Of a DNA stretch of 24,000 nt, positions 1 through 7,852 are shown one piece after another. The first letter of the stretch is position 1; each line of letters begins with the position of its first letter. The DNA is taken from assembly GCF_008728855.1 (NCBI RefSeq), contig NZ_CP042906.1, positions 3,623,570 to 3,647,569 on the forward strand, read 5' to 3'. Both the position numbers and the translations under genes were made by a program. The notes below the pieces were generated by a model. It worked only from the letters and a program-made list of their open reading frames with translations. It searched no databases and was not told the origin of the DNA. The stretch comes from Hypericibacter terrae. Lineage in GTDB: Bacteria > Pseudomonadota > Alphaproteobacteria > Dongiales > Dongiaceae.

Positions 1-1
1 G

Positions 2-262
2 CAGCGGAACCGCGGCATCGAGCGCTTGCGCGACCTGGCGCGAGGACCCGGAAGGCTCACCGCCGCGTTGCAGATCGATCTCCGGCTCGACGGGCTCGAT
101 CTTTGCCGAAAAGGCCCGCTCTGGCTCGGACGCGACGACCAGGAGCCCGGCGAAATCGGGCGGAGCGTCAGGATCGGCATTTCGAAGGAGGCGGACCGCC
201 GCCTGCGGTTCTATCTTCGGGGCAGCCCGTTCGTCAGCGGTCCAAGATCGCTCAATGAATAA
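2..262 (+). CDS. DNA-3-methyladenine glycosylase (MPG/AAG family), C-terminal part; 5' end lies outside the window
   Basis: The frame is open from nt 2 to TAA at 260-262. The peptide ...GPGRLTAALQIDLRLDGLDL...RIGISKEADRRLRFYLRGSPFVS matches recalled MPG-family C-terminal motifs (GPG.L..AL.I, RIGIS.A.D..LRF). Confidence 0.6.
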   Translation, partial: QRNRGIERLRDLARGPGRLTAALQIDLRLDGLDLCRKGPLWLGRDDQEPGEIGRSVRIGISKEADRRLRFYLRGSPFVSGPRSLNE

Positions 263-309
263 GAGACAGCCGGAGCACGTCAAACAGGGTGCCCCAGAGG
301 AGCCTCACG

Positions 310-963
310 ATGACCATCGTCATTACCGCTTTCGAACGGTCACCCGATGGCGGCAAGGGGCTGGCGCGCGACACGCGCGTTCGCTGGGCGCTCGAGGAAG
401 TGGGTCAGCCCTACGAAGTTCGCCCGGTTTCGTTCCCTGCGCTGAAGGAACCCGCGCATCTGGCCCTTCATCCTTTCGGCCAGATACCGACCTATGAGGA
501 AGGCGATCTGGCGCTGTTCGAGACAGGATCGATCGTCCTCCATATCGCCGAGCGCCATGCGGGGCTGCTGCCGAAGGATGCCAAGGCCCGGGCGCGCGCG
601 ATCACCTGGATGTTTGCCGCGCTCAACACGGTGGAGCCGCCGATCCTCGAGCTCGTCACCGCCAGGCTTCTGGAGAGCGACAAGCCCTGGAGCCAGGAGC
701 GCCTCCCTCTGGTCCAAGATCGCATCCGCGACCGGTTGAAGCCACTTTCCGCCCGCCTCGGCAGTGCCGACTGGCTCGAGGGCGGGTTCAGCGCGGGCGA
801 CCTGATGATGGTGTCGGTGCTGCTCAGGCTGAAGCCATCGGGCCTTCTGGACGAATATCCGAACCTGGCCGCCTATGTCGCCCGCGGCGAAGCGCGGCCC
901 GCCTACAAGCGGGCTTTCGCCGCGCAATCGGCGACTAACGCCGGCAAGTCACCGACCGGCTGA
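310..963 (+). CDS. glutathione S-transferase family protein
   Basis: ORF 289..963. I prefer the internal ATG at 310, which has GAGGAG just upstream. The N-terminal thioredoxin-like GST signature is present (HPFGQIPTYEEGDLALFETGSIVLHIAE), followed by a helical C-terminal domain. Confidence 0.85.
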   Translation: MTIVITAFERSPDGGKGLARDTRVRWALEEVGQPYEVRPVSFPALKEPAHLALHPFGQIPTYEEGDLALFETGSIVLHIAERHAGLLPKDAKARARAITWMFAALNTVEPPILELVTARLLESDKPWSQERLPLVQDRIRDRLKPLSARLGSADWLEGGFSAGDLMMVSVLLRLKPSGLLDEYPNLAAYVARGEARPAYKRAFAAQSATNAGKSPTG

Positions 964-997
964 TGATGCCGCGCATCTCGTTGACGACGAGCGTCGA
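964..997 (-). repeat. internal guaA-like fragment (non-coding relic)
   Basis: TGATGCCGCGCATCTCGTTGACGACGAGCGTCGAG matches guaA nt 13477-13510 at 30 of 34 positions in the same orientation. It lies in the convergent GST/HD spacer. Confidence 0.55.
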
Positions 998-1031
998 GGG
1001 ACAGGACATGCCCTTGTCTTGATGTCGAGCC

Positions 1032-1685
1032 TCAGGCTGCGGAATCCGGGAAGGGAGAGGCCGCGATCAAGTCGCAGGCGTTGGGGCTCTTGAACCCCGG
1101 GATGAAACGCTCGCAGACACCGGCGTTGACGGTGCCGTAGGTGGTCGCGGGCTTGTGCGAAAATCCGGCGAAATACTCCTGAATGAAGCGTTTCTTGAAG
1201 TTGGTACGCGGGTATCGGGCGACGATCTCCTCGCGCAGCGCCGCGGGAAATTGATCGAACCCCACCCCCAGCACATCGAGAAGAACACCCGAATTGAGGA
1301 GCGCCACCTCGGGGCGCATATAGCGCGGGATGCCGGGGGTGGTATGCAGCGCGATCGCTTCCCAGACGGTCTGCACCTGGTCCTCGGCAATGTTGTGGGC
1401 GGTGAGGAACTGCCGGGCGGCATTCGCGCCGTCAACCTCGAAGCGTTCGGCCTGGCTCGAGAAATCCTTGATAAGTCCAAGATCGTGAAATGCGGCGGCC
1501 ACATAGAGGAGCTCGGGGTCGAAGCGCAGTTTCCTCTCGCGACCCTGCTCGGCCGCGAACAGATAGACGCGGATCGAGTGATTGAAGAGCAGATCGGTAG
1601 AATGCCTGCGCAGGATCTCCGTGGCCTCTTTTGCGAGCAAGCTATCGGGAATGACGGGAGCAGAGACGAGATTGGCCGCGGCCAT
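1032..1685 (-). CDS. HD domain-containing protein (metal-dependent phosphohydrolase superfamily)
   Basis: 217-aa ORF with the H...HD motif (HSIRVY ... AAAFHDLGL). AAGGAA lies 7 nt upstream of ATG 1685. Confidence 0.8.
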   Translation of the reverse strand: MAAANLVSAPVIPDSLLAKEATEILRRHSTDLLFNHSIRVYLFAAEQGRERKLRFDPELLYVAAAFHDLGLIKDFSSQAERFEVDGANAARQFLTAHNIAEDQVQTVWEAIALHTTPGIPRYMRPEVALLNSGVLLDVLGVGFDQFPAALREEIVARYPRTNFKKRFIQEYFAGFSHKPATTYGTVNAGVCERFIPGFKSPNACDLIAASPFPDSAA

Positions 1686-1759
1686 TGTCGATTCCTTCGA
1701 AGGTCAGCTATAGAGCTCGGCGATGCGTCCGGCAACGCGAGCCTAACTGGGGTGATCGA

Positions 1760-2695
1760 TCAACTTTCTCGAACGGCAAGCACGATCTTTCCTTTCGGCA
1801 GAGGCCGCACGCGTTCCAGCATGAAATGAGCCGCGCGTGCATCCGCGAGGGGCAGGACTGCCCCCACCTTTGTTCTTAGTTTTCCATCGTCGATGAGGCG
1901 GGCGATCTCCGCGAGATACGGACTCGTTACGTTGACCAAAAAGAAGGCGGATTCGACGCCATGGCTTTCGGCAAGATGCTGATCCGGACGGGACACTGCC
2001 GAAATCAGCTTGCCGCCTCGACGAAGGACCCGAAACGACCGGTTCTGTGTTTCGCCGCCGACCAGATCGATGACAGCGTCCGCGTCCCGAACTTCTTCCT
2101 CGAAGCGCCGGGTCCGGTAGTCGATCACCGTGTCTGCGCCAAGACCGCGCACGAGGGGAATATCGTCCACGGCGACGGTCGCGATCGTTCGCACACCCGC
2201 GCGACGGGCCAGCTGAACCGCATAGGCTCCGACGTTTCCCGCCGCTCCGTGAATAACCGCTGTTTGACCCGCTTTGAGCTGAGCGTGATCAAACAGCGCC
2301 TGCCAGGCCGTCACGGAAATGACGGGAACGGAGGCCGCTTCAACAAAGGTCAGCGAGGTTGGCTTGAGCGAGACCATCGCTGCGGAAGCCAGCGCATACT
2401 CGGCGTAGGCCCCGATGAACTGCGGATTCGTGACACCATAGACCTGATCGCCCACCTGCAGCCCGGAAACCCCTGGCCCCATGGCGACGATTTCACCAGA
2501 CAGATCCGAGCCCAACGTGAGAGGGAGCGGTTGCGGCAGAGCGCTTCTTCCGGCCCTGATCCAGCCATCCCATGGACCGACCCCGGCGGCTTCGACTTTG
2601 ACCAGGATCTCGCCAGGGCCAGGCTCGGGCCGAGGGACTCGCTCGAAACTCATGACCTCCGGCGGTCCAAACTCATGCACGCGCCAAGCCATCAT
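1760..2695 (-). CDS. NADPH:quinone reductase-like zinc-type alcohol dehydrogenase (MDR superfamily)
   Basis: MMAWRVHEFGPPEVMSFERVPRPEPGPGEILVKVEAAGVGPWD and the Rossmann motif AVIHGAAGNVGAYAVQLA. Family homology starts at ATG 2695. An alternative upstream ATG at 2749 has a GGAGGA RBS. The 2950 start of the track ORF is unlikely. Confidence 0.85.
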   Translation of the reverse strand: MMAWRVHEFGPPEVMSFERVPRPEPGPGEILVKVEAAGVGPWDGWIRAGRSALPQPLPLTLGSDLSGEIVAMGPGVSGLQVGDQVYGVTNPQFIGAYAEYALASAAMVSLKPTSLTFVEAASVPVISVTAWQALFDHAQLKAGQTAVIHGAAGNVGAYAVQLARRAGVRTIATVAVDDIPLVRGLGADTVIDYRTRRFEEEVRDADAVIDLVGGETQNRSFRVLRRGGKLISAVSRPDQHLAESHGVESAFFLVNVTSPYLAEIARLIDDGKLRTKVGAVLPLADARAAHFMLERVRPLPKGKIVLAVRES

Positions 2696-3079
2696 TGTTG
2701 AATGAGTTCGCCCCTCACTGACCTCGGGAACGATGCTGCTGGCGGCCATCTGATCCTCCACAACATTCAGCTTGGCGCGCTCCGTGGCGGCGGCACCGCG
2801 CTCGCCGGCGACCTCGTCACGACTGTTCGGGGCATCTCCCGCGAGCCGGAATTTCTCGATCGCGTTCACTTCGGTGAACGGCGGCAGCGGAGGGCGCATG
2901 GATCGTTTCTCCAGAGCGGTTCGTCGGATGGGCTTGTCCGTATTTCGCAATTGACCCCTGCGGCGGACAAGGAACGCGATCCTGCAGATCAGGACAGCCC
3001 TACGTCGTTTCCCGACAATGGCCTGTCGGAGCCCTCGTCGCAGCAGAGGACGGCGGTTTCGTCGCCGGACGGTCCCGAT

Positions 3080-4054
3080 CTAGGCCGGTTCCGCCCGCCG
3101 GAAGCTGGCGCGATACTGGGCCGGTGTCACGCGGAGACGCGTGCTGAATACGATTCTCATCCGGTCCGCCGACCCGAAGCCGCAATCGAAGGCGACGGCC
3201 TTCAGCGGCCGGTCGCTTCCTTCCAGCATCATGCGCGCGGCGTCGACGCGCGCGCGCTCGATGAATTCGTGTGGCGTGATCCCGGTCTCCCGCACGAAAT
3301 GCCGTGCCAAATTCCGGGTGCTCATGCCGACGGCGGCGGCGAGCGAGTCCAAGGTATGACGGCCCGCGATGTCGGCCATGACGTGGTCCTGGATGCGTGC
3401 GATCGGCGCCCCCGGATCGGAAGGTGCCGTGAGATAGGGGCTGAACTGCGACTGTCCGCCTTGGCGCTGGGCAACAACAACCAGCCGCTTGGCGACCTTG
3501 AGCGCCGTTTCCGCGCCGTGCCGCTGCCGGACCAGCGCCAAGCCCAGATCTATCCCCGCCGTCACACCGGCCGAGGTGATCAGCTGTCCATCACGAACAT
3601 AGATCAAATCCGGTTCGACTTTTGCCTTCGGGAACCGGGCCGCCAGCGCCTGTGCATCCTGCCAATGGGTCGTGACCCGCCGGTCGTCCAGGAGGCCGGC
3701 ATAGCCAAGTACAAAAGCCCCGGTGCAGATCGATCCATAGACGCTCGAGCGCCGCGGCAACTCTTTGGCCCACTGAACGAAGTACGGTGCGGGCTCCGCT
3801 TCCGGTGGCGTCGGCGCGCCGGCGACCAGAACGATGTCGAAGCTGCCCGCCGCCTCCTCGAAGGTCAGGTCGGCCACCAGCCCTATGCCGTTCGAGGCGC
3901 GCAGCGGATTGCGGTGAGCCGCGACCAACACCGTTTCGTAGCGGTCCGCGCTGTCGAGAAAGCTATTCGCCTCGCTGAACACGTCCAGCGGCCCGGCCAC
4001 ATCCAGGGCCTGGACCCCCTCATGGACGACGATCGCGACAGTTTGTACCGGCAC
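3080..4054 (-). CDS. GlxA-family transcriptional regulator (DJ-1/PfpI domain fused to AraC-type HTH)
   Basis: The N-terminus VAIVVHEGVQALDVAGPLDVFSEAN and ICTGAFVLGYAGLLD indicate a DJ-1/PfpI-like domain. The C-terminus LDSLAAAVGMSTRNLARHFVRETGITPHEFIERARVDAARMML is an AraC HTH. GTG start at 4054. Confidence 0.9.
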   Translation of the reverse strand: MPVQTVAIVVHEGVQALDVAGPLDVFSEANSFLDSADRYETVLVAAHRNPLRASNGIGLVADLTFEEAAGSFDIVLVAGAPTPPEAEPAPYFVQWAKELPRRSSVYGSICTGAFVLGYAGLLDDRRVTTHWQDAQALAARFPKAKVEPDLIYVRDGQLITSAGVTAGIDLGLALVRQRHGAETALKVAKRLVVVAQRQGGQSQFSPYLTAPSDPGAPIARIQDHVMADIAGRHTLDSLAAAVGMSTRNLARHFVRETGITPHEFIERARVDAARMMLEGSDRPLKAVAFDCGFGSADRMRIVFSTRLRVTPAQYRASFRRAEPA

Positions 4055-4224
4055 CTCTTACCGCCTCTCGAGCTTGGCGCCCATGTTATGCGGGCGGCCC
4101 GCACGCCATAAAAGGCCTCGACTGCGCAAGGAGCCAAGCTCCCCGGACCGGCGCCCGTCTTGATCGATCTTGCGCCATTGAGAAAACCGCCACCGAAACC
4201 ACGCTAGGACCGCCGATTGCCCCG

Positions 4225-4303
4225 TCACTCCCACTCGATCGTTGCCGGCGGCCTCGAGGTCACGTCACAGCCCACCCGGTCGATGCCGAGCGCGTTGTTC
4301 CTA
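4225..4303 (-). repeat. guaA 3'-terminal remnant B (att-like copy of the GMP synthase gene end)
   Basis: The minus strand translates as LRNNALGIDRVGCDVTSRPPATIEWE-stop, compared with the authentic guaA end [24 protein letters not shown]-stop. It is intergenic and has the same orientation as guaA. Confidence 0.75.
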
Positions 4304-4355
4304 AGGACCTTCCGGTGCCGAATTCAGCCTGCGCGGCCGCAAGGACAGGTCTTCC

Positions 4356-4700
4356 TCAGGATGTCGGCCTATCGGCGAGCGCCCGCGCGATGATCGCGTC
4401 GAGATGGGCGCACGCGCAAACGAGCGCCCGGAAGCCGCAGGTGGTTTCGTCGAAGGCCAACGACAGCTCGGTTCCGGCCAGGATCACCGCGTCGGCGCCT
4501 TGATCCCGCACGAGGCGCTGGGCGGGAGCGCCCGCCTGCACGCGGCCCAGCACATAGCTGAGATCGGCATGCGAGATCGAGAGACGCAAGGGGACGCCGC
4601 GCTCGGCGAACGCTTGCGTCAACCGTTCGTAATAGTGAATCGTCGCGCCGGGACCGAGGCCTCCAATCAGACCGATGGTCCGGCCGCTCTCGCCTTTCAT
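4356..4700 (-). CDS. aspartate/glutamate racemase family protein, internally shortened (possible pseudogene)
   Basis: The N-terminus TIGLIGGLGPGATIHYYERL is the family signature. The C-terminal DAVILAGTELSL corresponds to the second catalytic motif but lacks the Cys. At 114 aa it is about half the usual family length. Confidence 0.55.
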   Translation of the reverse strand: MKGESGRTIGLIGGLGPGATIHYYERLTQAFAERGVPLRLSISHADLSYVLGRVQAGAPAQRLVRDQGADAVILAGTELSLAFDETTCGFRALVCACAHLDAIIARALADRPTS

Positions 4701-4730
4701 CGTGACGCCCTTCTCCGAACACCCTTCCCC

Positions 4731-4772
4731 TCACTCCCCCTCGATCGTCCATGGCGGGGCGACCTTCGAGGG
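4731..4772 (-). repeat. guaA 3'-terminal remnant C
   Basis: TCACTCCCCCTCGATCGTCC...CTTCGAGG translates on the minus strand as PSKVAPPWTIEGE-stop. It is collinear with the guaA end apart from an in-frame 6-nt insertion. It lies between the racemase start and the SWIM gene stop. Confidence 0.6.
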
Positions 4773-4784
4773 AGGCCCGCCCGA

Positions 4785-6488
4785 TCAGGGCGTCAGCAAT
4801 TTCATGAGATTGCGTTTGCGGCGGTGGCGGTCCTTGATATCCGCGACGTAAGTGGCCTGTTCGGTTGCGTCGCGCAGCTTGGCCATGCGCGCCACCAGCT
4901 TCACGGCCTCCTCATAGTGCCCGCCATTGACGAGCTCCTCCACCCGCGCGGCATAGACGCCGAGCGCCTCGCGCGGATGACTTTTCTGGCTCGCATCGGC
5001 GAGGTGTTCCTGCGCTCTCATCGAGGCGCCGTGCTTCCGAACCGCGGCCCATGCGCGGTCGAACGCCTTCTCCTGGATGAAAATCGCGATCAGCACCTCT
5101 TGCGGCCCATTCAAGCTCCAGCGATCCCCCGCGCCGCGTTTTCCAGAGGCGGATCGCGCCTCGAGAAAGCCGATCGCCCGCTCGCGCGCACCCGGCCCGG
5201 CCAGCTTGGCAAGCCGCTGATACAGATCGAGGCTCGGGCGCTTCTCGAACAGCCGCCACAGATGCGCGGCCGCCTCCACCTTGCGGCCCTTTCGGGACAG
5301 AAGGTCGGCGACGAGCAGCGTCAGGCCATTGTCGGGCCCTTCATCCTCGAAGATCCACAGACCCTCCTCCGCCCGGCGCAGCGCCTCGTCCTCCCGGCCC
5401 TGGTCGAGGCAGAACTGCGCAAGCTGCCCGTAGCGCCATGGCGAGGAAAGGTCCCTGGCGCGCAGCGCGATACGGGCGTCGATATCGCCCTCGCGCTCGG
5501 CGAAGAAATCCAGGATCGCCATCAGTCGGTCCGGTTCCCATTCGTCGTCGTCCGTCGTGGGTTTCTTCCTGCCCGTCCGCGCCGGCAGCTTGCGCCATGC
5601 GGCCTCGGCCAGGCGCCGATATTCGGCAAGCCCCTGCTCCCCGAGCACGCCTTCATAGAGTCCGGCGGCGCCATAGAACATGTCAAAGGCATCGTGGGTT
5701 TCGCGGCCGAACAGATAGCGCGCAAGCGCCACGGGTTCGGGCGGCGCCGCGGCGCAGGCGGCCAGATGGATGTCTCGCGTCCGCGACAGCAGCGCTCCGC
5801 CATGCCCGTCGGAATCGTCGATCGACTCCATCGCTTTCTCGATTCTTTCCATGGCGTGGTCGGCGAGCGCGCGCACGCGCTCCGCCTGCGGGCCTGAGGC
5901 CATGTCCGCAAGGATATCAAGCGCCTCGTCCACGCCCTCGGCCCAGCGCGACACATCGGCATATTCGATGAAGCCCCGTATGCGCGTGGCGGCGTCGATC
6001 GCCTTGCGCAGCCGCGCCTCGAGCGCCTTGTCGTCCGCATGAACGAGGGAAGCCGCAAGATCGAGCTTGCGGAACAGTGCCGGATCCCGCTCGGCCATAT
6101 CCACGATCAGATCGACCAGCGCGTCGACGCTCCTGGTCTTCAAATGCGCCCGGATACGCCCCAGCGAATCCGGACCGTCCGCCTGCCCGCTTGCGGCGGC
6201 CTCGTTTGCCGCCAGGGCGGTCGCGACCATATGCTTGCAGAAGCCGGAGTCCTCGAAGGCCCGGCAGCTGCAGGAGCCGTCGATGGCACGGCCTCGCCCG
6301 GAAAGCGTCACGCGATAGTCTTCGGTGCCGGCCACCTGCGCCAGCACCCGATCGGCCGCGAGCGACAGGATGGTGACCTTGCCGCCGCGGTGATAGGCCT
6401 CGCCGCGGGCGAAAGTCCGGTCGCCCGTCAGCGCCGCCAGCTCGCCGGGGTCGAATCTCGGCGCGCCCTTCTTCGTCTTATTCGTCAT
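4785..6488 (-). CDS. SWIM zinc-finger protein with a long helical-repeat C-terminal region
   Basis: SWIM signature CSCRAFEDSGFCKH (CxCx8CxH). I prefer ATG 6488 because it overlaps the upstream stop as ATGA. The 44 extra residues of the longest ORF (start 6620) are low-complexity and overlap the upstream gene. Confidence 0.85.
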   Translation of the reverse strand: MTNKTKKGAPRFDPGELAALTGDRTFARGEAYHRGGKVTILSLAADRVLAQVAGTEDYRVTLSGRGRAIDGSCSCRAFEDSGFCKHMVATALAANEAAASGQADGPDSLGRIRAHLKTRSVDALVDLIVDMAERDPALFRKLDLAASLVHADDKALEARLRKAIDAATRIRGFIEYADVSRWAEGVDEALDILADMASGPQAERVRALADHAMERIEKAMESIDDSDGHGGALLSRTRDIHLAACAAAPPEPVALARYLFGRETHDAFDMFYGAAGLYEGVLGEQGLAEYRRLAEAAWRKLPARTGRKKPTTDDDEWEPDRLMAILDFFAEREGDIDARIALRARDLSSPWRYGQLAQFCLDQGREDEALRRAEEGLWIFEDEGPDNGLTLLVADLLSRKGRKVEAAAHLWRLFEKRPSLDLYQRLAKLAGPGARERAIGFLEARSASGKRGAGDRWSLNGPQEVLIAIFIQEKAFDRAWAAVRKHGASMRAQEHLADASQKSHPREALGVYAARVEELVNGGHYEEAVKLVARMAKLRDATEQATYVADIKDRHRRKRNLMKLLTP

Positions 6489-6895
6489 GAGATTGGCCAG
6501 AGCAGCTCGTCGGTCCGGACCCGCTCCAGCGCCTCCTCGAGCGTCAGGGCCGCGTGGAGGAGAAACCACCGCCCGGTATGGCGGCGCCACATCACGTCGA
6601 AACGGGTTTCCGTCAGGCAATCCTCACGATGATCGAGGCGCGTGAAGGCCTCGTCGAACTCCTCGCCGAGATTGTCGGCGAAGCCGGACCGGAAACGTTC
6701 GATGAAACTGTATTGGCCGCCCCGCCATTTGCCGAAGATGTCGACGGGATAGTTGAACTCTGTTACCCGGATCTGCGGCAGAAAACGCGGCTTGAACTCT
6801 TCTCGAACGAAGCGCTCGCATCGTTCGGCGATGGCGGCCTTTTCCTCGTCGCGGAGCGCCCTCGCCCACACCCGTTCCGTGCCTTGCCGCGCCAT
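6485..6895 (-). CDS. hypothetical protein, DUF3024-like
   Basis: 136-aa ORF. Its C-terminal part RFDVMWRRHTGRWFLLH...TLEEALERVRTDELLWP resembles the recalled DUF3024 pattern (W.V.W.R....W..Y ... L.E.L..V..DE....W). It is translationally coupled to both neighbours. Confidence 0.7.
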   Translation of the reverse strand: MARQGTERVWARALRDEEKAAIAERCERFVREEFKPRFLPQIRVTEFNYPVDIFGKWRGGQYSFIERFRSGFADNLGEEFDEAFTRLDHREDCLTETRFDVMWRRHTGRWFLLHAALTLEEALERVRTDELLWPIS

Positions 6896-6903
6896 CCCCG
6901 TTC

Positions 6904-7119
6904 CTAGCTCTCTTTCATCCGCTCCAGCAAATGACGAATGATCGCCAGCTTGTCATCGGACAATCCGGCGAGCCGCCCCTCGTCCAGATAGCCCTCGCCG
7001 ATGAGCCGGGCAAAGACAAAGAGCAGCTGCGAATAGCGATAGTCGAACAGCTCATCGAGGGTCCGGCGCTGCCGCCGCAGATCGTCCTCGATCGCCCATA
7101 TGTCCGACAGCGTCGCCAC
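6904..7119 (-). CDS. fluorescence-recovery-protein-like (FRP-like) small helical protein; minimum extent given, since the coding frame stays open upstream to 7245
   Basis: SDIWAIEDDLRRQRRTLDELFDYRYSQLLFVFARLIGEGYLDEGRLAGLSDDKLAII aligns without gaps to recalled Synechocystis FRP (DDLWKLHDFLSAKRHEIDGKYDDRQSVIIFVFAQLLKEGLVQAEELTFLAADKQSKI). The first canonical start is GTG 7119. The FRP-like N-terminal helix (KWSGSEKKIARRAYDAALEAA...) is encoded at 7120-7224. Confidence 0.7.
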   Translation of the reverse strand: MATLSDIWAIEDDLRRQRRTLDELFDYRYSQLLFVFARLIGEGYLDEGRLAGLSDDKLAIIRHLLERMKES

Positions 7120-7302
7120 CGCGGCCGCCTTTGCCTTGAATTCGGCGACGATACCGGCTTTCGCAGCCTCGAGCGCGGCGTCATAGGCGCGCCGCGCAAT
7201 CTTCTTCTCGGAGCCGGACCATTTGAGGTTGTGCGGGCCCAGGACTCACCTCACTGAGCGGCCTATGGCAGGTCGAAGACCGTGAAACATCCCATCCGCC
7301 CC

Positions 7303-7320
7303 TCACTCCCACTCATCCAT
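7303..7320 (-). repeat. guaA 3'-terminal remnant D (short)
   Basis: TCACTCCCACTC is identical to the first 12 nt of remnant B. The minus-strand reading is DEWE-stop. It sits exactly where the sequence switches to visibly lower GC. Confidence 0.45.
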
Positions 7321-7852
7321 TTTAAGTCATGCTAACACGTTGAATTTACGGCATAACGCTTTTTTGATCGCGCCTCACGATCCGAACTGCGAACCGACAA
7401 AATTTTTCGACGCTGATTTTCAACAAGAAATCTCGCGATTCCGATTCCACGACATTCAGCGACTATCGACATCAATTGGTCGAATTTTCCGCTGATCGCC
7501 GCGGCTGATCGATAGCCAGCAACCACAAAAAAGGCCGTCACGAGACTACCGAACACCCGAGCGCGTGACCAGACCTGCGCTCGTCAGCAATGTCATTCCG
7601 GCCCGCAGCGACGAGTGTTCACACTTCGATTTCCTTGTTCCTCGCCGCAACCAAGCTACGGTCTCGCCTGGCGCAAGTCCGACCGTCGCGAGCCGGCAGC
7701 AGCCGAACCGTTAGATCTGAGCGTATCCGTATACTCCCTGCTTGCGACGTGCGCGATCCGGTCTTTTCATGTAGCGTAAGCTTCTCCGCCCATCGCTATC
7801 TGCGTTGGCGCGATGTCTAGCCGTGCGATTGCCGTCGAGGCTGGAGAAGAAC

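Noticed and set aside
2702-4111. 469-aa plus-strand ORF
   Set aside because: It is antisense to the GlxA regulator gene and its upstream spacer. Its composition is Arg/Gly/Pro-rich and it has no motifs.
4404-5897. 497-aa plus-strand ORF, plus several 80-200-aa ORFs across 4900-6632
   Set aside because: They are antisense or out of frame relative to the SWIM gene and the racemase stub. The sequences are low-complexity and Arg-rich. The SWIM frame has the recognisable domain and coupled start/stop signals.
6489-6620. Longer start (6620) for the SWIM protein; likewise the long upstream extensions of sdhC (8590), sdhD (8910), guaB (23816), sdhB (7805) and the quinone oxidoreductase (2950)
   Set aside because: The extensions overlap the preceding genes or spacers, are compositionally junk-like, and begin before the points where family homology and RBS or coupling signals indicate the true starts.
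7332-7556. 74-aa minus-strand ORF in the low-GC spacer
   Set aside because: It has no RBS, no similarity I recognise, a GTG start inside a hairpin, and codon usage unlike any confident gene here. I kept it only as a remote possibility of a foreign small gene.
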